This document shows positions 46,540 to 56,534 of a stretch of 64,000 bases of DNA, one piece after another (positions within the stretch are counted from its first letter, which is position 1; each line of letters begins with the position of its first letter). Source of the stretch: Candidatus Fimivivens sp. (GTDB lineage Bacteria > Bacillota > Clostridia > Oscillospirales > Ruminococcaceae); contig JAYFNI010000002.1 of assembly GCA_034933525.1 (NCBI GenBank), positions 100,433-164,432 of the forward strand, in the 5' to 3' direction. The notes under the pieces were generated by a model, which did not search any database, was not told where the DNA came from, and saw only the letters and a list, made by a program, of their open reading frames with translations. A program made the translations under genes and the position numbers.

Positions 46540-48028
46540 TTGGGTCACCGCCCTTCGTTGGATCATTTCCCGGCTGTGTTCCGGGGAACTGATTAGCGTA
46601 TTCGTCAATCGCGGCTTGTTTCTGTTCCTTAATTCGTTTCAATTCGGCTTGAACATCATCAACCCACGGATGGTTCGCCACAAGTGTTTCATCGGACAGA
46701 ATACCGACTGAACCTTTGATGTTAGTGATAATATCCGATTCAGAAATCAACATATCGCGGTTGAAGATAATTTCAAAAGGGTTACCCTCAAAGTCACCCG
46801 CGCCCGTGTTCGCCAAGTGAAGGTTGATGAAGTATACCAATTCTTCAAAAGACGCTTGATATTCGGTTTCCATTTCGTTAGCGTCAAGGTCAATGTCTGA
46901 ATACATGGACAGAATGTTCAATTGGTTCGCGTTACCGCCTAACCTGTCATCCTTCGCGTCATAACCCATAGCGTTTTCAATGATTGCTTTTTTGAAAATC
47001 TCCAAAATCGCTTTGTAGTTTTCTGCGTTGACCTCAACTTGAAGGGTTCGTAAATCACCCGGCGCACCATCAACCGTTTTCAGCTTCACCGCGCCATAAG
47101 TGGCAAGGTTATTTCGGAATTCGGCTAAATTCTCGCCGTCATAGTTGACCAACACAAGGATTGTATTCCGTGCGTCTTCTTCCATATTATTTTGGAAGTT
47201 AGACAAGATTAAATTAAGTCCGTCCTGCAATGACTTGACATTGCGAATCAGCGGGATTTCTTCGCTATTGTACTTGAACGGAATCAAAGGAATCCGCGAC
47301 CAGTTAAAAGCCTGTTCACCGTTGCCGTCTGTGACCGTGAAATATGGTTCGTGGGGCTTCTCGTCAGGGGTCAGGCGGCTTCCGTCCAAGATAAACCGGG
47401 AAATTCCCGTTTCGTGGTAGACTTCGACCTTCTGAACCGTCTTTTCGGTTCGTCCCTCAAAAGCGATGACCTCATAAATCCGAATAGCATAGTCAAGAAC
47501 CGTGTGTTCCTCGTCCTTCCACCCTGCAATGATTTCATAAGGATGTAACCGCTTGAAAACGAATTCGCCTTGTTCGTTGTAATAACAGAACAGCCAACCA
47601 ATACCACCGTTCAAAGAATCCCGCCCGACGTTCTTCAATAACCGCAAGAACTTTTTGTCAAAGAACAATTTCAGGGTCTTCATGTACCCGTCATTGTCTG
47701 ACTTTACGGAAAGCGGCTGTCCAAGAAGATAATTGGTCTTTTGGTTGACCATTTTCTTATACTGATTATCCACAATGCGGTTGTTCGGTAAGTTCTTCAC
47801 GGTTTCAAGTTCGCCGTTCTTTCCAATCATTGTTCTTTGACGATGAAGAATGTCATGTTGTCCCCGGAAGTAGTTTTCACCGTCAATCATGTCTTTGCGA
47901 CGTTTGGACGCAAGAAAGCGTTGAATTTCCGTGACAATATATTCTTCGTCCGTCAAACGGTTCTTCGCGCCTTGCGCGATGATTTCATTGATTTCGTCGG
48001 TAATGAAGTTAAATCGAAACAAGGTCAA
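46514..48028 (-). CDS. Portal protein, SPP1 gp6-like
   Basis: IPLIPFKYNSEE, MYSDIDLDAN, S.ET....HPWVDD. Confidence 0.9.
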   Translation of the reverse strand: MTLFRFNFITDEINEIIAQGAKNRLTDEEYIVTEIQRFLASKRRKDMIDGENYFRGQHDILHRQRTMIGKNGELETVKNLPNNRIVDNQYKKMVNQKTNYLLGQPLSVKSDNDGYMKTLKLFFDKKFLRLLKNVGRDSLNGGIGWLFCYYNEQGEFVFKRLHPYEIIAGWKDEEHTVLDYAIRIYEVIAFEGRTEKTVQKVEVYHETGISRFILDGSRLTPDEKPHEPYFTVTDGNGEQAFNWSRIPLIPFKYNSEEIPLIRNVKSLQDGLNLILSNFQNNMEEDARNTILVLVNYDGENLAEFRNNLATYGAVKLKTVDGAPGDLRTLQVEVNAENYKAILEIFKKAIIENAMGYDAKDDRLGGNANQLNILSMYSDIDLDANEMETEYQASFEELVYFINLHLANTGAGDFEGNPFEIIFNRDMLISESDIITNIKGSVGILSDETLVANHPWVDDVQAELKRIKEQKQAAIDEYANQFPGTQPGNDPTKGGDPNDQSGGES

Positions 48029-48107
48029 AGCCCCCTTTCATCGCATAATAAAAGCGAACCCCCCCGAAATATAAGGGTTCGCGCTTGTATTTGTTACTAA
48101 CGTGCCA

Positions 48108-49367
48108 CTAATCAAAGCTGAATGACTTGCCCTTGCTGAAATCTTCCATCCCGTAACGCATAGCGTCCATTAGGTGGTTAAAATCATCAATTGGGACGTT
48201 CAGCCGTTTCCCGAACTTATCTTCACCCCAAGTGTAGTTTGAAATTTCCGTCAGGAAGTTTACACATTTCGGATGAACGATAATTTCAAAGTCCTGTATA
48301 TAATCAATGCCGTTGTTCACGCTGTCCTTACCCTTTCGGGCGGCTCGGATATTGGACATTCCCAATTCCCGCAAGCGGTCAATCGACTTTGGTTCAGCGC
48401 AATCGGCGCGGATTCTTTCTTTCCGATAACCCATTTCATCAACGTTGGTGTAAATGGCTTCATTCGACAAACCCTTTTTGTAAAGTTCATCGAATACGAA
48501 AATCTTCTTGCCTTTCAGGTCAACCATACCGCACCAAAGCGCGGACGGGTCATTTGTATAACCAAAGTCAAGCCCGAACCCTGATTGAATGCCGGGTATC
48601 TTCCGAATGTCGGCAATGTCAAACGCTTCTTCGCGCCAATTTTCATAAATAACCCCTTCGACAATACCCCAATCACCTAACCCGGCAACCCGGTAACGAC
48701 GGGAATTGTTTTTCTTCATGTCCTCAAATAGCTTTCTGTCAGCGTCATCAAGCCATTCGTTCATTGTATAATTCGTGGTCATCGCTAAAATATCAGGGTC
48801 AGGCGGCGCGTCAAAAAACCGCTTTTTAATCCAATGGTGTTCATTCCACGGGTTAAAAGTTAAAGTGACCTGTTTGAACAAACCGTCAGGAACTTCACCA
48901 CGAATAGATTCATCCAGAAGATTAAAGTCATCTTCTTTCATAATTTCGTAGGCTTCTTCAATCCACATCCAACACAACGCGCCGACTTCGACGGTGATAG
49001 ATGTGACTTTTAACGGGTCATCCAGTCCCCGGAAGTAAATTTTTTGTCCCGTGGGAATATAGGTCATTTCAAGCGGGGATTCTTTAACTTCCCAATGCGC
49101 TTCAACGCCCAAACGCTTGATAGCCCATTTCAATTCAGTAAAGCAACTATCTTTTAGTGTTCGGAAAACCTTTCGCACGACAAGCAAATTCGCGCCGGGA
49201 AAGTCCATCATGTTCACGATGTACCACAATGCGGCGGTCTTGCTTTTCTTGCTTGCGCGACTTCCTTTGCATACACGATAACGACCACGGAAACGCCAAA
49301 AGCGGGTATAATGCTTTCCAACGGTATGACGTAATGACAGTTCAGCCATTATAAAACCCCCATTCAT
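48108..49367 (-). CDS. terL: Terminase large subunit, PBSX family
   Basis: KGSRASKKS, WIEEA, LTFNPW, FGLDFG, NHLMDAMRY. Confidence 0.92.
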   Translation of the reverse strand: MNGGFIMAELSLRHTVGKHYTRFWRFRGRYRVCKGSRASKKSKTAALWYIVNMMDFPGANLLVVRKVFRTLKDSCFTELKWAIKRLGVEAHWEVKESPLEMTYIPTGQKIYFRGLDDPLKVTSITVEVGALCWMWIEEAYEIMKEDDFNLLDESIRGEVPDGLFKQVTLTFNPWNEHHWIKKRFFDAPPDPDILAMTTNYTMNEWLDDADRKLFEDMKKNNSRRYRVAGLGDWGIVEGVIYENWREEAFDIADIRKIPGIQSGFGLDFGYTNDPSALWCGMVDLKGKKIFVFDELYKKGLSNEAIYTNVDEMGYRKERIRADCAEPKSIDRLRELGMSNIRAARKGKDSVNNGIDYIQDFEIIVHPKCVNFLTEISNYTWGEDKFGKRLNVPIDDFNHLMDAMRYGMEDFSKGKSFSFD

Positions 49368-49402
49368 GCGGGGTTTTCGTCCTGTTTGTTACTAACCCGC
49401 TA

Positions 49403-49849
49403 CTATTCATCATCAGGGGGAAGGTCATCATGAATGACAACAGGAACGCCCCCGGTAACGTTGGTGTCGGTTTTTGTGGTATATCCGTAATTAGACATCC
49501 ACAATCCCGCAAGCTGTGACGGGATGACTTGAAGTTCAAACTTTTTTCGTGCGTCCAGTTCGCATTCTTCCCTCATGCGCGTAACCGTGTCCCTATATCG
49601 TTTATCATCAGCATAGGTTTCATAGAACTTTGACCGGGCAAGCCCGATGAACACACAAAAACCCTCAACCGTATAGGTTACCGAACGTTTCAATTCTTTG
49701 CTGACAAACTCGCTGTTTTTTGCGCTGAAATCATGGGTCAATACAAGCTGATTGTCACAATCATACTTGTAGGCTTCCCATGCTTCTTCAAGCTGTTTGA
49801 CAGATGTGATTTTACGCGGTCTTCCCATGATTTCACCGCCTTTCCGCAT
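49403..49849 (-). CDS. terS: Terminase small subunit
   Basis: MGRPRK start, HTH-like TVEGFCVFIG; directly upstream of terL. Confidence 0.75.
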   Translation of the reverse strand: MRKGGEIMGRPRKITSVKQLEEAWEAYKYDCDNQLVLTHDFSAKNSEFVSKELKRSVTYTVEGFCVFIGLARSKFYETYADDKRYRDTVTRMREECELDARKKFELQVIPSQLAGLWMSNYGYTTKTDTNVTGGVPVVIHDDLPPDDE

Positions 49850-49943
49850 AAAAATAACCCCGGAATGTAATTCCGGGGCGCAATTAGATACTATTATTGT
49901 ACTTCATTTACATGATAATTCAATGGAGTACATTTGATTGTTT

Positions 49944-50399
49944 TCATTTGAAACAATGGTCAGTTGGATTTTTCTTTATCGCTTCATCAAGTGCCGTGTT
50001 ATGTAGCCGGAACAAATAACGCAAGTCTACGACCTCAACAATATCCTGAATCTGCTCCCATTTTTTGAAATTCAAATATCGTTCTTGAAGAATTAACTTC
50101 AATTTCGGTTTGTCAACCGCGTCAATCACACGCCGAATGTCTATCCTTGCCCGAATATAGCGGTCATTCTCGGCTTGAATCTCACGTTCAAGGTCAACAA
50201 TCTTTGTAACGGTGTTCGCTACCTTATCCGACCGTTCGCCCCCTTGCACCCGCTCCGTCGATAAATCAGGGGACGAAATTGATTCAGCGACCGACCGCAA
50301 CCGTTCTAATTCGTCTTTATTTGCCTGAATCAAACGGTCAAGATAGAACGCTTGATTCAGAAATTCTTTTATACTCATAGGCTTCCCCCTCACAAACAA
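49944..50399 (-). CDS. Late transcriptional activator-like (DUF1492/ArpU-type)
   Basis: KEFLNQA..LD..I, L..RYL..KKWEQI, H..AL; position before terS. Confidence 0.7.
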   Translation of the reverse strand: MFVRGKPMSIKEFLNQAFYLDRLIQANKDELERLRSVAESISSPDLSTERVQGGERSDKVANTVTKIVDLEREIQAENDRYIRARIDIRRVIDAVDKPKLKLILQERYLNFKKWEQIQDIVEVVDLRYLFRLHNTALDEAIKKNPTDHCFK

Positions 50400-50666
50400 T
50401 CTTGAACCCGTACATCTTGAACCGGGTTAAACCCGCATAGTATAAGGATTTTTATTATTGAGCGGTTCAAGTTCAAGGTCTTTCCCTTATTCTTATATAT
50501 TTAGCCTTTTTCATTTTCAAAAATGAAAGTATGCTATTCTTGCATAAGAAAGTAAAAACATCTTGACCATCTTGAACTGCACCCCGAAAAATCAGTAATA
50601 GCGCGGGTTTGAAGCGGTTCAAGATTAAAAAATTAACCTTGAACCATCTTGAACCGACCATGAACC
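50399..50666. repeat. Iteron-like ATCTTGAACC array with two ~65-nt inverted arms around an AT-rich core (candidate origin)
   Basis: About 10 copies or variants, in both orientations, between 50399 and 50666. Confidence 0.6.
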
Positions 50667-51562
50667 AAATATTTTTCTGCCATGCTCAACAATCCCCGAA
50701 TATACGGTAACCGCGCAATCTGTTTCAACCATTCACCGGGGATTGCACCTTCACCATACTTCAACCCTGCCAAGCCGCCCGTGATAGCCGCTATCGTGTC
50801 CGTGTCCCCGCCAAGGTTTACCGCTGTCAATACTGCGTCCCGGTAATTGTCCGTCGTGATAAAACACCACAACGCGGCTTCCAAGGTATCAATCACATAG
50901 CCCGTTGATTTGATTTCGTCCCGCGTCAACTCACCAATGCGCAGAATCCGGGCGAATGCTCCCGTAGGGTCACCCCTGAAAGTGATTAAACTGTATGCCG
51001 ATTTCAACCAGTCATCAACGCCACGATTCAAGGTGTCAACCATTTCAACGAAAAATTCACACGCCAACAGGTTCAATTCATGTCCGTGGGTCAGGGCGGC
51101 ATATTCACGGGTAACCTGTAATTTGTCTGTAATATCCAAAGGCAGAAACGCAAGGGGCAACATTCGCATAAGCGCACCGTTCCCATTATCGTATTCACCG
51201 TTCAACCCCCACGGCTTAACGCCATCCACAAAATTTGTAATCGCCCTTTTCGTTGTATTTCCCACATCAAAGACTTTTTCATACGGCGTGAAGTGTCCAC
51301 CAAATAACCAGTCCGAAAAGTTCACCATACATTGATAAGGTTCAGGCTGTTTCCAGTCTGCTAAATTTTCAATCGTCGCAAGGGTCATTGACGTGTCATC
51401 GCTCCACGTTCCGGGCGGCTGATTATGCGTCCCGAACCCGCGCATATCAACAACAGGATTTTCATCAAGTTCAACGCGGGTTTTGAACTCCACGGGAACA
51501 CCCAAAGCGTCACCTACAATGAAGCCAAGCACCGCGTCAGTTAGTTTTGTTTTTCTAGCCAT
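50633..51562 (-). CDS. ADP-ribosylglycohydrolase (DraG/ARH family)
   Basis: GDALG, WSDDTSM, GNGALMR, TH, GYVIDTLEAA, GGDTDT metal-binding motifs. Confidence 0.92.
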   Translation of the reverse strand: MARKTKLTDAVLGFIVGDALGVPVEFKTRVELDENPVVDMRGFGTHNQPPGTWSDDTSMTLATIENLADWKQPEPYQCMVNFSDWLFGGHFTPYEKVFDVGNTTKRAITNFVDGVKPWGLNGEYDNGNGALMRMLPLAFLPLDITDKLQVTREYAALTHGHELNLLACEFFVEMVDTLNRGVDDWLKSAYSLITFRGDPTGAFARILRIGELTRDEIKSTGYVIDTLEAALWCFITTDNYRDAVLTAVNLGGDTDTIAAITGGLAGLKYGEGAIPGEWLKQIARLPYIRGLLSMAEKYLVHGRFKMVQG

Positions 51563-51963
51563 GATTTCATTCTCCTTTCATGTTCTTGCCTGTGTTGCTC
51601 CTGCTGTTCCCGTATACGCTGTTTTTCAGCTTCGGGCAGGGCTTCAAACTCAAAGTCCTTTATTTCCCGCCGATAACGGTTTATCAGGCTTTTTAACTCG
51701 TCCCGTGCGGCTGTCGCATGGGTTACGGTTTCTGTTTCAAGCATTTCAGCAATAGAACGGTATTCATCTTCTGTAATCCACCCTTGCCCGAATGCTTCAT
51801 GTGCGTCTTCTTGTGTAGGGTATAACTCGCGAATTTCAGATTGACGGTCAATCACCGCTTGAATGTCACCGTCTGCCGCTTTGTTCAATTTGGTCAAAAG
51901 CGGTTGAAGTTTCTTTATCAGCAACCGCCGCCATTCAATTTCAAACTGTTCAACGTTGTTCAT
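51541..51963 (-). CDS. Hypothetical protein
   Basis: 140-aa ORF overlapping both neighbours in the operon. Confidence 0.6.
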   Translation of the reverse strand: MNNVEQFEIEWRRLLIKKLQPLLTKLNKAADGDIQAVIDRQSEIRELYPTQEDAHEAFGQGWITEDEYRSIAEMLETETVTHATAARDELKSLINRYRREIKDFEFEALPEAEKQRIREQQEQHRQEHERRMKSWLEKQN

Positions 51964-53867
51964 TTCGTTCCCGTCCTTTCTATAAACACCCGATATTTTT
52001 TCCCCTGAATCTTTTTGTCCCCAATCTCAATGTCAAAGTGCCGCTTTACCTGTCGGCTGAATTCAATGTTGGACAGCGGTTGAAGATTATCCCGAATACA
52101 AAATTCCTGATATCGCTTGTAAACCTCGTTCGTCGGCTGATTCAAGATTTCAGCCACGTCCATTGAATTGAAGAATCCCAAAATCGGATTGTTGGTTTCC
52201 TCGTACTCGTTCAAAGCACCTTGAACCTTTGAACTTTCAGAAAATTTATTGTTATAAAGCACCCGTTTCAACCCCACCAACCCTAACAAAATCAGGTATT
52301 CCATCGCTTCCGGTTTGTGTAGGTCATATTTTATGTACGGTTTGAAATCCGGGGAATTGCGGTCAATCCTCGCGTCGAATGGAATGATGATTAACCGCTT
52401 CGCAATCGCCGCGCTGTCCTTCCCGCGCCCAAGCCGGGGAATGTTGTTCGCGCTGAAAAGTAATTTGGCGTAGGATTGAAAGAAGAAGGGGTCTTGCCCT
52501 TTTCGTTCACCTTTCAACCGTTCACCTGTGACCAACTTCTTGAAAACCCCTGTGTTGGGTATGAATTCATCACCTATATCGTCACCGATGTTGGCAAGTT
52601 TTCCGTGAAGTTCAGCCGTGGAAAACCGTTCATTCACTTCCGCAAGGTCAAGGGCGGTTATGTTTTTATCTCCCAACATGGTTTTAATCATGTCAAGGAA
52701 CGTCGATTTACCGTTATCCTTTTCCCCGGTCAGCACGAACGACTTTCCAAGTTCATTTCGCCGATAGAAACAATACCCGACCACTTCTTCAAGCAAGCCG
52801 CGAATTTGCGGGTCTTTACAACTTACCGTGTCAAGCACATTGTCAACGATTTCGCTTTTGGCTTTCGGGTTATAGTCCCAATCAATGCGGTTCAAGATGA
52901 TATGTTCGGCGGTATGCGGTTTGAATTCATCACGCACAATGTCATAAATACCGTTCCTGAATGCTATTAAATTAGCGTCAGCAACCGCCGCGTTGTCAAC
53001 AATGATTGCGTCCAAATAGTCATATACTTCTTTTCGCTTTGCCCGGTTCAACTGCGGAATCTGCTGTAACATCGCCGCGTCGAACCGCTTTTGACCGCTG
53101 ATATAAACGCCTAACGTGTTATCGTAAAAATGCAACACCCCGTCAACCTTTACAACGTGAATGTTATTTTTCAAGAACATAGCGAACTTGTCAAACAAGA
53201 ACGCTGAACCCTTAAAAAATATGGGCTTTTTGAAAGCGTCATCCCGTAATACCACGTCAAGTTCACTGTCTGAAAGTGGGGAAGTCAGAACGAACCGATT
53301 GATAAGCCTGATACACTCCCGCGCTTCCTCTTTGGTGAAGTCCTCGCTTTGTAGGGTCAGAATATAATTAAATAATGCCTGATTGCGTCCGTCCCCTTGC
53401 TCCATGCCGATGAAGTCAACCGAACCTTTAACGGGAACTAACCACTTCGGCAACAGGTCAGGCGCGTCACCCTGAATGTCGCGCAAGATTTCACGTTCTT
53501 TTCCGTTGAATTTTAGGACGGAATAAGAATTCTTTTTTCCAAGTTTAATATCGGCGTTCAATCCGATTGCCAATGTTGCTTTTGTTCTGTTTGTCGCAAC
53601 CGTCGTATTGTTGAATAAAAAATGTTTGCCCCGCGTCGTTTTATAAACGCGGCAATTCAAGTTTTGTGCTTCCACGATTTTGAACATGACTTCACTTTGT
53701 TCAAAGTCATCAACGTCAATCAAAATCGTGTTTTCATCTAATATCCCGGCAAATTCGGGAAGTGACTGAACTTGTTCGTAGGTTTTGAGATTTTCAACGC
53801 CTTTGAACTTTTCAATACACGTTTTATTTTGCGTTACCACATAACCCCGAAAGAACAAGTCCTGCAC
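51960..53867 (-). CDS. Primase-helicase (P4/D5 family)
   Basis: N-terminal primase-like region, GRNQALF, Walker A GEKDNGKST, NIGDDI. Confidence 0.88.
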   Translation of the reverse strand: MQDLFFRGYVVTQNKTCIEKFKGVENLKTYEQVQSLPEFAGILDENTILIDVDDFEQSEVMFKIVEAQNLNCRVYKTTRGKHFLFNNTTVATNRTKATLAIGLNADIKLGKKNSYSVLKFNGKEREILRDIQGDAPDLLPKWLVPVKGSVDFIGMEQGDGRNQALFNYILTLQSEDFTKEEARECIRLINRFVLTSPLSDSELDVVLRDDAFKKPIFFKGSAFLFDKFAMFLKNNIHVVKVDGVLHFYDNTLGVYISGQKRFDAAMLQQIPQLNRAKRKEVYDYLDAIIVDNAAVADANLIAFRNGIYDIVRDEFKPHTAEHIILNRIDWDYNPKAKSEIVDNVLDTVSCKDPQIRGLLEEVVGYCFYRRNELGKSFVLTGEKDNGKSTFLDMIKTMLGDKNITALDLAEVNERFSTAELHGKLANIGDDIGDEFIPNTGVFKKLVTGERLKGERKGQDPFFFQSYAKLLFSANNIPRLGRGKDSAAIAKRLIIIPFDARIDRNSPDFKPYIKYDLHKPEAMEYLILLGLVGLKRVLYNNKFSESSKVQGALNEYEETNNPILGFFNSMDVAEILNQPTNEVYKRYQEFCIRDNLQPLSNIEFSRQVKRHFDIEIGDKKIQGKKYRVFIERTGTK

Positions 53868-53907
53868 CCCCTTTGTAAATTATCCTGTAACAATTGCCCC
53901 CCCCCCC

Positions 53908-54114
53908 TCACTTGTATTCCTTGCCTGTTTTCTTATCTTTGAGGGCAACCCGATTCAACATTTCAAAACCCGCTTTGTCGATTATATATTTCAGTACGAA
54001 CACCAAGTCATTCACGCGCTTTTGCTGAATAGAATCGTCCTTGATGATAGGTTTTAGGGCTTCATAAGCCGTCGGGTCATGGTAACCTTCTGAATTAAAT
54101 TTTGGATTGCTCAT
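53908..54114 (-). CDS. Conserved small phage protein
   Basis: NSEGYHDPTAYEAL motif, familiar from Firmicute phage replication modules. Confidence 0.6.
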   Translation of the reverse strand: MSNPKFNSEGYHDPTAYEALKPIIKDDSIQQKRVNDLVFVLKYIIDKAGFEMLNRVALKDKKTGKEYK

Positions 54115-54127
54115 ATTTCACACCCCT

Positions 54128-54517
54128 TTACCAAAAATGTTTACAATGGAAGTCGGACGGGTCTTTAATCGAAACACTATTGTCACGCCCGAAATCGTAA
54201 TTAGTCATCGCGGTTGAAACAGAATCGTCAATACTTTCCGTCCAGTTCATGAAAGCGGATTCAAGTTCATCACCGAATAACTTCATGATTTCCGTGACGC
54301 GTTTCTTTGAAAGTTTACTTTCAATTAAAGCGGATTCAAGTTCATCAAATTTGAAATCTTTGAACCCTTCTTTGATTGCTTCTGATAAATTGCCATTTTC
54401 CCAAAAGGGGTAAAGAACGTTGTCTTCCACTTTGTCAAAAGCCTGTTCATTTGTGCAAACGCCTTTTGTGCCGTCAAACCACTTGCACCATCGGCAACAA
54501 TGATAAAGGTCAGTCAT
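54128..54517 (-). CDS. Hypothetical protein (Cys motifs at both ends)
   Basis: CCRWCKWF...C and FHCKHFW; operon packing. Confidence 0.55.
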   Translation of the reverse strand: MTDLYHCCRWCKWFDGTKGVCTNEQAFDKVEDNVLYPFWENGNLSEAIKEGFKDFKFDELESALIESKLSKKRVTEIMKLFGDELESAFMNWTESIDDSVSTAMTNYDFGRDNSVSIKDPSDFHCKHFW

Positions 54518-54749
54518 TACGGTTCACCCCTTTTTTCACAAATTCAGTCTTTTCAACGTAGCCACCACCGAACCGACCGTCAGGAACATCAATTTCCGCA
54601 ATCTCACCAACCCATTGAATGATAGGGCTTGCTTCGCGGCTTGCCAAAACTCGTTTCGCTTCAACCTTCGTCCGGGCGATGACGTGCGCCATCTTCTGAA
54701 CTTTGGTCACGCGGGTCTTGAACTCAATTTCATAACGTTTAACAATCAT
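54510..54749 (-). CDS. Hypothetical protein
   Basis: Overlaps both neighbours. Confidence 0.5.
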   Translation of the reverse strand: MIVKRYEIEFKTRVTKVQKMAHVIARTKVEAKRVLASREASPIIQWVGEIAEIDVPDGRFGGGYVEKTEFVKKGVNRND

Positions 54750-56494
54750 ATTCCAAAATCCCCCAATCTTTTATTTGCAAGTGCGATATACCACGATTTA
54801 TCAAGTTTCGCCGGGACTTTCACCCCGTTCACATCGTCGTTATACATGAAGCAATGAAGCGGGGAATTCGGCATTTTCGCGGGTCTAAGGGTCTTACCAT
54901 GAACCTTCTGAACTCCCGCGTCGCGTGTGTCCGTAGACGCGAACACCCGAATACACTTTTCTTTTAACCTTTTGTCCCCGTGCTGAATATGGGTATACTT
55001 GCCGCTAATTTTAGTGACAAGCTGAAATTCTTTCAGGTCATCACAATCGTTAATTGTCTGTTCAATGGGAATGCCACGAACCATGTAATCAACCAATGCT
55101 TTGTTGATAATCGGAAGGTCATAGTCAAGGGGGGACAGCTTCTTCACATACGCGCCCTTTGATTTCCACCGGGGCTTTCCTTTCTCGTCGAATAATTCAC
55201 CATCGGGAATGATGACGTAATTGTTCACGTCTTTTTGATAAACTTCTTTGAACTCTTGAAATTCAAGGGTAAGGGAAGTTCGTTGTTCCCATTCAAAGGC
55301 TATGTCATCAATCAAGTCGAACCATTCATCGGGGTCATTTCCATCGGGCATTCGCACAAGAACACCGTCCGTGTTTGACTGAATCAACTGACAATGCGGT
55401 TCAAGGCGTTCAATCAGGTCAAGAAGAAGGATTTGCCCGTAAATACAAACCTTGTTCGCTTGCAATGGGTCATACAGGGCGTTGGATTTGTCTTTCATTA
55501 CCCCGTATGTGCTGTTCAACACCAGTTTCAAAGATTCTTGTAACGGGTTCTTTTCCGCTTTCAACTTCAAACGTTGATGATAAATTTCTTCATACTTTGA
55601 AGCGTCGCGAACCGACCGGGACAATAAATTGTATTGAATCATCAAGGACGGATAAAGTGAAGCAACGTCCATGTTCAAGAAGAACCCGCGCCCGTGGTAT
55701 CGTGTTATTGCTCCATGAACGCCGCCATATCCAAATTGATGGGGAACGTCAGCAATATCAATATCAAGCTGATTCTTGCGCCCGTCACGCTGATAACAAC
55801 GATTTTCCGGGTCATTATACCAGTCCAAAACTTCCGTGTATTTGTCAATCCGCATAGTAGAAGGAAAGTCAATGTCAAATTCATCGTTCCATTCCTGCCG
55901 TGTAGCCCCCAAAATCAACGCTGACAACTGCGGGTCTGTCATTGATATAAGTGATAGGTCAAGGGCTTTCGTGCCACTCGCAAGGCGTACAAGTCCCCTG
56001 TGTGCTTCAAATTTGTCCGTCCGCTTTAAGAATACTTCCATCGTCTGTTCTACGTCGTGACGGCAATATTCAACCGTTTCTTCTAATTCGCGCTTCGTCA
56101 ATTCACGGTCAATATCAAAGGGAACGGAACTTTCCTTGATGTTGTTTCCCATAAACCCTTCAAAGGACTTCAAGCCCCGGTCTATGTTCATCATCACGTC
56201 GTAATTGTTCAGGGGAACGCGACGCAATAAACTTGAAAACTTCCATCCCGGTTCACCCTTCGTAATAATGAAATCATTTATCCGCTTTGGATTGAACCCG
56301 CAAAGAATAGCTTTCAAAATGTATTGGTCATAATGGCGGCTATTAAATCCCACCCAAATTTCACGTTTATGTTCCGAATGAAAGCGTTCAAGTTCTTCCG
56401 GGTCATCAATTATTACTGTTTCTTCTCGCTTGTCGGTGTCCATCAGTACAACCAACCAGTTATAAGCGAAAACTTCAAAATCATAAAAAATCAT
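54746..56494 (-). CDS. Phage DNA polymerase, family B-like, with 3'-5' exonuclease
   Basis: ExoI DFE, ExoII FNSRHYD, ExoIII YCRHD; polymerase motifs DVASLYPS, KLVLNSTYG, NTDG. Confidence 0.85.
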   Translation of the reverse strand: MIFYDFEVFAYNWLVVLMDTDKREETVIIDDPEELERFHSEHKREIWVGFNSRHYDQYILKAILCGFNPKRINDFIITKGEPGWKFSSLLRRVPLNNYDVMMNIDRGLKSFEGFMGNNIKESSVPFDIDRELTKRELEETVEYCRHDVEQTMEVFLKRTDKFEAHRGLVRLASGTKALDLSLISMTDPQLSALILGATRQEWNDEFDIDFPSTMRIDKYTEVLDWYNDPENRCYQRDGRKNQLDIDIADVPHQFGYGGVHGAITRYHGRGFFLNMDVASLYPSLMIQYNLLSRSVRDASKYEEIYHQRLKLKAEKNPLQESLKLVLNSTYGVMKDKSNALYDPLQANKVCIYGQILLLDLIERLEPHCQLIQSNTDGVLVRMPDGNDPDEWFDLIDDIAFEWEQRTSLTLEFQEFKEVYQKDVNNYVIIPDGELFDEKGKPRWKSKGAYVKKLSPLDYDLPIINKALVDYMVRGIPIEQTINDCDDLKEFQLVTKISGKYTHIQHGDKRLKEKCIRVFASTDTRDAGVQKVHGKTLRPAKMPNSPLHCFMYNDDVNGVKVPAKLDKSWYIALANKRLGDFGI

Positions 56495-56534
56495 GTATAA
56501 CCACCGCCAATTCTGTTCATAATATTAGTAAGTA

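Noticed and set aside
46210-56494. 2-aminoadenine (Z-genome) pathway
   Set aside because: No purZ or other base-modification gene is visible; a DUF5664-like gene alone is insufficient.
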